Assembly (NCBI GenBank): GCA_040260805.1
Contig: JBDQPD010000103.1
Location: 1-12,638 of the forward strand
DNA length: 12,638 nucleotides
Origin: Myxococcota bacterium
Lineage (GTDB): Bacteria > Myxococcota > UBA4151
Direction of reading: 5' to 3'
In this document: positions 6,711 to 12,638 of the stretch, in pieces
Layout of the letters: every line of letters starts with the position of its first letter
How positions within the stretch are numbered: the stretch's first letter is position 1
The notes under the pieces: model-generated
Told to the model about the DNA's origin: nothing
Seen by the model: the letters and a program-made list of their open reading frames with translations, nothing else
The model's database searches: none
Position numbers and translations under genes: made by a program

Positions 6711-8030
6711 ATGTCCACTTCGCGCTCGCTGCTGATCCTATTGTCCTTCACTTTCGCTGCAGCCTGTAGCCCCGAGACTGAGAGCAACCCGGCGTCTAAC
6801 GATGCGGGCAACCCAGGCGGCGCAACGCTCTGCGAACCGGGCTCGGCTCAGGATTGCGATTCGGCCGCTTGCCCTGATGGCAGCTCAGCACAACGGACGT
6901 GTTCCGCTGACGGTTCAGCATATGGCAGTTGTGCCTGTCCTGAAACGCCTTCGGACTGTCCGCAGGCTGACCATTTCCTTGATGTATCCGCTGCCCCAGG
7001 TCCCGACGAGAACGGCTTGATGCCCGAACTCAGCGTCGAGTGCACCGAAACCGAAGTCCGAGTGACAACCAATGACATCCCGCATTACACGTTCTTGGCG
7101 CTGACCCCGAATGCGCTCGTCGAGAACCGGGTCACGCACGTTTTCCCGCGATACCCAGAGGTGGCGGCGCAGCCTTCACGGATCAACGAGGGCTTTCCGC
7201 AGCTTGGCAGCGCTGGAGTGACCAACACCGGTTTATCGCTCAATGCAGCCTCTGAAGGACCAAACCCCGACCCTTACGGCGACCCGATCGCTGCGGGTAT
7301 TTTGGACCCTTGTGGTGGTCACACGGGTATGGATTATCACAACCACACGATCATCGAAAAATGCTTTAGTTCGAGTGGTTTAGTCGCAGAGCCGTGGAAC
7401 AATCCGGACCCTGACGCCAGCCAACCGTCGCCTGTGCTCGGTTACGCTCTGGATGGGTTCCCGGTCTACGGTAACCGCGGCTGCGCTGACGAAGCCTGCA
7501 CTCGACTCATCGCGTTCAAATCGAGCTGGGAGATGCAAGAACCCATGGCGGGAACTTTGGGTTGCCAAGACACCAGCGAATGCAACAACGCAGCCGCTTG
7601 CGACGACAACGATCCGCGGAACAATGCAGGTAATGATTGCCACGTCTGCGCGCTGACCGTCGTTGACGGAGTGGAGACCAACGCGTGCATCCCGAAAGAT
7701 TACTCGTGGGACACGAACGCTTACGTCGCCAAAGAGGGCGAGACGTATCTCGACGAGTGCAATGGCCGTGTACAGCCCGACGGCAGCTACGGTTACCACA
7801 TCACGGAGACCTTCCCCTACTGGGCTGGCTGCTTTAGCGGCACCGCAACCAACGCACGTGTGGGTAATGGCGGCGGTGGTGGCGGCGGTGGACAAGCGCC
7901 ACAAGAAGCTGTCGACGCATGCGCGGGGCTCGCCGCAGGTGACGCTTGCTGTTTTGAGGGGCGCGGCGGTCGTCAGGTTCGTGGAGTCTGCGGTGACACG
8001 GCGAATGGTTTAGCCTGCCGTCCTGGGTGA
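6711..8030 (+). CDS. Cys-rich YHYH-domain lipoprotein, 439 aa
   Basis: ATG 6711 follows GGAGA. Signal peptide MSTSRSLLILLSFTFAAA|C. YHYH-family hallmarks: TNDIPHY, LDPCGGH..DYHNH, SPVLGYALDGFPVYG, LDECNGR...YGYHITETFPYWAGCFSG. It also has an N-terminal Cys module, a Gly8 linker (7869-7892) and a small Cys-rich C-terminal domain. Confidence 0.85.
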   Translation: MSTSRSLLILLSFTFAAACSPETESNPASNDAGNPGGATLCEPGSAQDCDSAACPDGSSAQRTCSADGSAYGSCACPETPSDCPQADHFLDVSAAPGPDENGLMPELSVECTETEVRVTTNDIPHYTFLALTPNALVENRVTHVFPRYPEVAAQPSRINEGFPQLGSAGVTNTGLSLNAASEGPNPDPYGDPIAAGILDPCGGHTGMDYHNHTIIEKCFSSSGLVAEPWNNPDPDASQPSPVLGYALDGFPVYGNRGCADEACTRLIAFKSSWEMQEPMAGTLGCQDTSECNNAAACDDNDPRNNAGNDCHVCALTVVDGVETNACIPKDYSWDTNAYVAKEGETYLDECNGRVQPDGSYGYHITETFPYWAGCFSGTATNARVGNGGGGGGGGQAPQEAVDACAGLAAGDACCFEGRGGRQVRGVCGDTANGLACRPG

Positions 8031-8039
8031 TCAAATCGC

Positions 8040-8873
8040 TTGAACAGTCGCAGCACACCGATCGTATTGCTCTGCGCGCTGGCGAGCTGCAGCGCTGCGG
8101 ATCAAGATGGCTTAGAGGCGGGGCCAGCGCATCTTATCTTGGGCGATATGTTGAGTTACTCGCTCGACTGGGATCGGACCGGCGTGACGTTCAATGAAGG
8201 TGGCGACTCTTGGAGCGCAACGAACAATCTCGGTCTTGAGTTTCAGATCGATCGTGGGTTCGTGGTCAGTAATCGAATGGAGCTACTGCCTTGCTTTTGG
8301 CCGCCGCCTGAAGGGGACGCTGGCGTCGGAGATCTGGCGCTTAGAGCGCTGAGTTGGATCACTGGGGCTCGCGCACACGCGGGACACAGCGGGGATCCAC
8401 CGAACACCACGCGCACACGCAACTGGGCGGAGCCGATTCATAAAGGTTTGGCGGTCGGTCACAGCGCGCACGAGACATCTGCGGAAGCCTACTGCCAATT
8501 CAGTTATGCGATCGCTCGTGCAGACATAGCGACCATCGATCGACCCGATGAGCCGTCGTTGATTGGCTCTTCTTTGACCCTTTCAGGGCGTTGGCGCTCG
8601 TCTCCGGACCAGCCTTGGCTTGCGTTTGATTGGGAGACCGCTTTGCCCTGGGGTGTTTTATGGGATTTTGTATGGCTTGATTCGACGCGAAATCAGAACG
8701 ATGCGCTGGTTACGGTGACCGTGACTCGGCCGCTTCTGGGTATCTTAACCGACCTAAACCCCGCCACGCAGAGCGTCGAAGTGCTCGGAAACAAAGCCGT
8801 TCAAAATATGGTTGAAGGCATGCGAGTGACGCTTGAACACCGGGGTCAGCTTTGGGGCGCCCAGGCGAACTGA
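8040..8873 (+). CDS. Uncharacterised lipoprotein, co-oriented with the YHYH gene, 277 aa
   Basis: TTG start 9 nt after the YHYH stop. Lipobox LAS|C at Cys17. Plausible globular composition with an internal AHAGH motif. I recognise no named family. Confidence 0.7.
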   Translation: MNSRSTPIVLLCALASCSAADQDGLEAGPAHLILGDMLSYSLDWDRTGVTFNEGGDSWSATNNLGLEFQIDRGFVVSNRMELLPCFWPPPEGDAGVGDLALRALSWITGARAHAGHSGDPPNTTRTRNWAEPIHKGLAVGHSAHETSAEAYCQFSYAIARADIATIDRPDEPSLIGSSLTLSGRWRSSPDQPWLAFDWETALPWGVLWDFVWLDSTRNQNDALVTVTVTRPLLGILTDLNPATQSVEVLGNKAVQNMVEGMRVTLEHRGQLWGAQAN

Positions 8874-8888
8874 CCGAGCACGCTTAGC

Positions 8889-8912
8889 CGAGTCCCCTAG
8901 CCTCTGGACTCG
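8889..8912. terminator. Hairpin between convergent genes (possible terminator or 3'-end stabiliser)
   Basis: CGAGTCC (8889-8895) pairs with GGACTCG (8906-8912): 7-bp stem, 10-nt loop, within the 40-nt gap between convergent stops. There is no clear U-tract, so it is not a classic intrinsic terminator. Confidence 0.3.
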
Positions 8913-8913
8913 C

Positions 8914-9411
8914 CTAAAGGTGGGATCCCGCATCGGCAGAGCGATGGTGCATGAGCTCACGAAGGAGCGTCTGGTTGCGGTTGGCGCTGCGGAGCTGGCG
9001 CGACAAGCCGATGGCGGCGGTGCGCCAGAAGCGAAGCGCAAAGTCTTGGTCCTCTTCAAGCAGCTCGGCGAGCTCGTCGAACTCGATGCGCAGGGTCGAC
9101 ACTGGCTCGATGGCTTGGACCGTCGCGCTTCGTTCCGATCGCTCGATCAACGCGTTGAGTCCAACGTAGGTGCCTCGTCCCATCTCTGCGATCTCTTCGT
9201 CGTCGTGGCTGTGCGGTGCGTTCTTGAGCACACGAACCGTACCGGACGTGATGATGTACATGGCGCTGCCGGGATCACCCTCGCGCATGATGATGCCGCC
9301 GCTGTTGAAGCTCTGCTTCTCAGCGATCATCGCCAGCTCTTTACGATCGTCGGAGGTCAGGTCGGCAAACAGACGAACAGCCTCGATGCCGGATAGATTA
9401 GGATGACTCAT
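8914..9411 (-). CDS. Stand-alone cyclic-nucleotide-binding (CRP-like) domain protein, no HTH, 165 aa
   Basis: LFADLTSDD, IIMREGDPGSAMYIITSGTVRV and a phosphate-binding cassette G..AL....RSATVQA followed by the hinge helix. It is too short to carry a DNA-binding domain. SD GAGGAG lies upstream. Confidence 0.88.
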   Translation of the reverse strand: MSHPNLSGIEAVRLFADLTSDDRKELAMIAEKQSFNSGGIIMREGDPGSAMYIITSGTVRVLKNAPHSHDDEEIAEMGRGTYVGLNALIERSERSATVQAIEPVSTLRIEFDELAELLEEDQDFALRFWRTAAIGLSRQLRSANRNQTLLRELMHHRSADAGSHL

Positions 9412-9476
9412 CGATTTCTCCTCAAAGTCGGTCGGCGTCTCGCCGCCACGTTTGCCTCACAGGCGTTGAAGCCCGG

Positions 9477-10610
9477 CTATGCAGAATCTTGGATTGCGTC
9501 AATGGCATCAAGCGCAGAGTCGCGAATTCGCCGATCCTCATCACTCTCAGGTGCCACGTAATTCACATCAGACAAGGTGCCGCAGGCTGCTAAGACTTCA
9601 TCCCCACGGGTGTGCCTGATATAGCATTGGATACCCTTGGCACGCAGGATATCTTGGAAGGCCACCGCTTCAGCTCGGGTGCCGCGTTGGTAACGAGATC
9701 CAGGGTGCGGATTAAAAGGAATCAGATTCACCATGCAGCGCACAGGGGCCACCAGCTTAGCCAGCGCCCGGGCGTCGTCTAGGGAGTCGTTCAACCCTTT
9801 CATCAGCACATATTCAAAGGTGATGCGCCGCCGGGCGGCGAGCGGGAACTCCTGACAAGCCTTGATCAAAGCCGCAATATTCCAGCGCTTGTTGATCGGC
9901 ATGATCTGGTCGCGCACCTTATCGTTGCTCGCGTTGAGGCTAATGGCGATCTGAATCGGGTCGTCCGCTTTCGCTAGCTTTTTGAGTCCCGGAATTAGCC
10001 CGCTCGTGGACACAGTCACTCGGCGAGTGGACAGTCCAAAACCGCTGTCATGGCAGAGCATATTGATCGCCGGTAAAACACCCCTCAAATTGTGCAGGGG
10101 CTCGCCCATACCCATGAACACAATATTGGTGATCTTGAGGCCGTCTTCAGCCACATCACGAGCCACCTCAGAGACCTGACTGATGATCTCGGCAGGGCTC
10201 AAGCTTCGAATTAAGCCCGAGCGTCCGGTGAGGCAAAACGAGCAGCCCATGGCACATCCGACCTGGCTCGAGATACACAAAGCGTTGCGCTTGTCGGAGC
10301 TTGCCGAGGGAATGAACACCGACTCGATCATCTCGCCGCCAAGCCCTTTGAAACGGTACTTACGGGTGCCGTCTGATGCGACGTGACGCTGGTCGAGTTC
10401 GACGTTGTCGATCCGTGCGACCTGCTCGAGCCGCTGTCTGAGCTTCTTTGAAAGGTCCGTCATCTCATCAAAGCTACGAGCCCCCCGCCCGTGCATCCAC
10501 ATCGATATCTGATGCGTGCGAAATCGCTTCTCACCCAAATCTTCGGTGATCCATTTCTCGAGGTCCGCATAAGCGAGACCACGCAGCTCTTGCCGTTTGT
10601 CCTCGCTCAT
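9477..10610 (-). CDS. rlmN: Dual-specificity 23S rRNA (A2503) / tRNA (A37) C2-methyltransferase RlmN, radical SAM
   Basis: CISSQVGCAMGCSFC (CxxxCxxC), VFMGMGEPLHN, RRVTVSTSG, ITFEYVL, VNLIPFN, RG.EVLAACG (catalytic Cys). ATGA overlap with the upstream TPR gene. Confidence 0.96.
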   Translation of the reverse strand: MSEDKRQELRGLAYADLEKWITEDLGEKRFRTHQISMWMHGRGARSFDEMTDLSKKLRQRLEQVARIDNVELDQRHVASDGTRKYRFKGLGGEMIESVFIPSASSDKRNALCISSQVGCAMGCSFCLTGRSGLIRSLSPAEIISQVSEVARDVAEDGLKITNIVFMGMGEPLHNLRGVLPAINMLCHDSGFGLSTRRVTVSTSGLIPGLKKLAKADDPIQIAISLNASNDKVRDQIMPINKRWNIAALIKACQEFPLAARRRITFEYVLMKGLNDSLDDARALAKLVAPVRCMVNLIPFNPHPGSRYQRGTRAEAVAFQDILRAKGIQCYIRHTRGDEVLAACGTLSDVNYVAPESDEDRRIRDSALDAIDAIQDSA

Positions 10611-11959
10611 TCTTCCTCCGCAGGCACAGGCGCTTTAGGGTCGCCAGCCAGGATACGAACTTCTTGGCGTTTGTAGAAGTTGTCCTTGGGCTCCATGGTC
10701 TTGGCGAGCCGAATGAAGCGCAAGGCCGAGGCTTGGCGCTGGCGACGAAAGCAGATTTCAGCGAGGGTATCGAGTGTTTTGGGGCTGGGTCGAATGACCA
10801 GCGAGCGCCGGGCTAGCCCTTCTGCCTCTTCAAGGTCCTGAGGTCGATGAAGCGCCAACATGTAGGCTAGATTATTTAGGCTCTCTGGGTTGTCTCCGTC
10901 GACCCGCAGGGCGTTGCGGAGCGATCCAATCGCCTCGGGGATGTTCTTGAGTTCGTCTTCGATCGCAGCGAGCCGAACCCAGGCTTGAAGATTGTCCGGT
11001 GCTTGGAGAACGGCTTCGGCGAGCAGTCGGCGTTTTCGGCGCAGATCGGTCTCAAAACGGGTGCCGACCAAAGCGGCGATTAATCCCTGAGCAAAGGTGT
11101 CGTCTGATCGCGCAGGTTGAGCCAGAAGCTCTCGCGCTCTCATCTGTACCTTGACGCGGTGGGCGCGCAAGCCGGTCAGCAGGAGGTCTTCGTCGGCACG
11201 AAGACTGCGAGCGACCGGTAGGCTGAGTAAAACCGGCAACAGATCGAGCGTATCGGGATGTCGAGCTGCTTGGCTCGTGACGACCGAGAGGTGCGCCGAA
11301 GCGTTCTTTCCTCGATGGCGTACGATCGATGCCATGGCGCTGTAGGCCCAGACCAGGTCGAGTCGCTTGGTTCTGCTGGCAACTCGACTCCGAAGAATCC
11401 AAAACTCAGGCGTCTTTCCGGCGTCAACGACGTCGGCATAGAGCGCAAGGGTCATGGCCTCTGCGAGGAGGTCCCACTCGTTCTCCTGCGCAAGCCGCAG
11501 GCTCAACTGCATGAGCGTCATGAAGGTTGGATTGCTGATAAAAGCGTTGAGCGCGTCTGCCCGCGCAGGAATCTTTTCCGAAATGCTGATGAACAAATCG
11601 GAGTGTGGAAAGCGCTTAGATGCCTTGAGCGCGAGGGTGCGACGGGCGTCGCCTTGTGCAGAAAATACGAGCGCTGACCAGACAAAGAATCCGGCGTCAG
11701 CGCTATGCTTGAGGAGCCACTCATGACGTTCAGAGCGCTCGGCTCCAGCCGGAAGGTAGCCGATCAATGATGCGCAGGCTTCAAGCTGCTTGAGATCGCA
11801 GCCCTGCCTGAGCAAGCGGAGATGCCGCTCACGCTGCTGAGGATCGACCTCTGCTTGGACCGAAGCGGCGATGAGGTCGTCGCTCAATGGCTCGACGGCC
11901 CCGGCAATCTTACCAGGCGAAGCGGGCGCCGTGGCACAAGACGAGGTGGTACCGAGCAC
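10607..11959 (-). CDS. Tetratricopeptide-repeat protein, probably a lipoprotein (true start may be CTG at 12031)
   Basis: C-terminal TPRs: APDNLQAWVRLA, DNPESLNNLAYMLA, SPKTLDTLAEICF. Lies between ndk and rlmN in one operon. The frame stays open upstream of GTG 11959 and encodes a hydrophobic signal-like segment. Confidence 0.8.
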   Translation of the reverse strand: MLGTTSSCATAPASPGKIAGAVEPLSDDLIAASVQAEVDPQQRERHLRLLRQGCDLKQLEACASLIGYLPAGAERSERHEWLLKHSADAGFFVWSALVFSAQGDARRTLALKASKRFPHSDLFISISEKIPARADALNAFISNPTFMTLMQLSLRLAQENEWDLLAEAMTLALYADVVDAGKTPEFWILRSRVASRTKRLDLVWAYSAMASIVRHRGKNASAHLSVVTSQAARHPDTLDLLPVLLSLPVARSLRADEDLLLTGLRAHRVKVQMRARELLAQPARSDDTFAQGLIAALVGTRFETDLRRKRRLLAEAVLQAPDNLQAWVRLAAIEDELKNIPEAIGSLRNALRVDGDNPESLNNLAYMLALHRPQDLEEAEGLARRSLVIRPSPKTLDTLAEICFRRQRQASALRFIRLAKTMEPKDNFYKRQEVRILAGDPKAPVPAEEE

Positions 11960-12027
11960 GCTGACTAAGAGGAGCGCACATCCGACACAACGCCCAAAGG
12001 GCTGCTGCGTCTCGCTGGAGGCAGCGA

Positions 12028-12450
12028 TCAGGAAGTGACCTCACTGCCCTTGAAGAACCAGCTGATCTCACGCGCTGCGCTGGTCGGCGAATCCGAACCA
12101 TGAACGCTGTTCTCGCCGATGCTGTTGGCGTAGAGCTTACGCAGCGTGCCTTCAGCGGCTTCCGCCGGGTTGGTGGCGCCCATGATCTCACGGTTGCTGA
12201 GGATAGCGTTCTCGCCCTCAAGCGCCATCAGGACCACGGGGCTCCGGGTCATGAAATCCACAAGCTCACCAAAGAACGGGCGCTCTTTGTGCTCAGCGTA
12301 GAAGCCTTCTGCCTCTGCGCGCGACAGCAGCGAGCGACGCATCGCCACCGGGCGAAGGCCTTCGCTCTCAAAGCGGGCGACGATCGCGCCGACGAGGTTG
12401 CGCTCTACGGCGTCAGGCTTAATGATGCTTAGTGTACGTTCGACAGTCAT
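12028..12450 (-). CDS. ndk: Nucleoside diphosphate kinase, 140 aa
   Basis: [33 protein letters not shown] and active-site NSVHGSDS (phospho-His). Confidence 0.98.
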   Translation of the reverse strand: MTVERTLSIIKPDAVERNLVGAIVARFESEGLRPVAMRRSLLSRAEAEGFYAEHKERPFFGELVDFMTRSPVVLMALEGENAILSNREIMGATNPAEAAEGTLRKLYANSIGENSVHGSDSPTSAAREISWFFKGSEVTS

Positions 12451-12549
12451 AGTCCAAACCTTTACGAGTCTTGACGGTTACGCCTCAAGCATAGAAGCCG
12501 CTTCAGGCAGGCGGCGCATACGTCAACGCGGAAAGGACGACAAAGGAAA

Positions 12550-12638
12550 ATGGCTGAAACCGTCATGGCACCCTTAGCTTTGCTGCGTTTTTCCGCTCTT
12601 GGGGATGTGGCCAGTGCGCTACGTATCGCTTTTGAGGC
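12550..12638 (+). CDS. Glycosyltransferase family 9 (ADP-heptose:LPS heptosyltransferase-like), N-terminal fragment cut by the window edge
   Basis: Hand translation from ATG 12550: MAETVMAPLALLRFSALGDVASALRIAFE... LLRFSALGDV matches the GT9 (WaaC/WaaF-type) N-terminal hhhR.SxhGDh motif. A purine-rich AAGGA lies upstream. The start could instead be ATG 12565. Only 29 codons are visible. Confidence 0.65.
   Translation, partial: MAETVMAPLALLRFSALGDVASALRIAFE

Noticed and set aside
6533..6769. 78-aa ORF with Cys pairs (CPRRVVC, KCDTC) suggesting a zinc finger or leader peptide
   Set aside because: TTG start immediately after the putative -10 with no SD. It overlaps the YHYH gene out of frame and its composition reflects the GC-rich hairpin.
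7638..7649. CHVC as a c-type heme attachment site
   Set aside because: It is CxxC followed by Ala, not CxxCH. More likely part of a disulfide-rich insertion.
8028..8042. In-frame TGA between the YHYH gene and the next gene (selenocysteine or readthrough fusion)
   Set aside because: The frames are the same, but the downstream gene has its own signal peptide and lipobox, the TGA is not at a Cys-like position, and no SECIS-like hairpin is evident.
9477..10610. Cfr-type antibiotic resistance methyltransferase
   Set aside because: The motifs and the ndk-linked housekeeping context fit RlmN, and there is no mobile-element context.
3058..12432. Many long antisense or alternate-frame ORFs (e.g. 4311-4865, 7380-7904, 8833-9396, 11258-11677, 12100-12432)
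   Set aside because: They overlap well-supported genes, lack recognisable motifs, and are expected from stop-codon scarcity in GC-rich coding DNA.
1..12638. CRISPR arrays, tRNA/rRNA genes, IS elements, prophage or defence genes
   Set aside because: By eye I found no regularly spaced repeats, cloverleaf/T-loop signatures, or transposase, integrase or nuclease motifs.

Overview
GC-rich bacterial chromosomal window. It is probably from a Myxococcota/deltaproteobacterial genome, inferred from a myxobacterial-looking Ndk and Cys-rich lipoproteins. I see no mobile element, CRISPR array, tRNA or rRNA. From left to right: (i) a minus-strand gene cut by the window edge and missed by the ORF track, encoding a signal peptide followed by 24 consecutive Lys/Arg; (ii) a divergent Fe-S maturation pair, an A-type carrier (IscA/HesB) overlapping a YgfZ/Iba57 protein fused to TPR repeats; (iii) a minus-strand operon of an M3 oligoendopeptidase and two tandem HCCA-isomerase/GST-kappa (DSBA-like) paralogues; (iv) miaE; (v) an AT-rich regulatory region, then a 26-Cys YHYH lipoprotein and an uncharacterised partner lipoprotein; (vi) a minus-strand operon ndk - TPR protein - rlmN - stand-alone cNMP-binding protein; (vii) the start of a GT9 heptosyltransferase-like gene at the right edge. 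Most of this is housekeeping. The best candidates for something undescribed are the IscA/YgfZ-TPR module (possible translational coupling or +1 frameshift fusion), the YHYH lipoprotein pair with its upstream repeat and leader, the polybasic exported protein, and a probable CTG-initiated TPR lipoprotein coupled to ndk.
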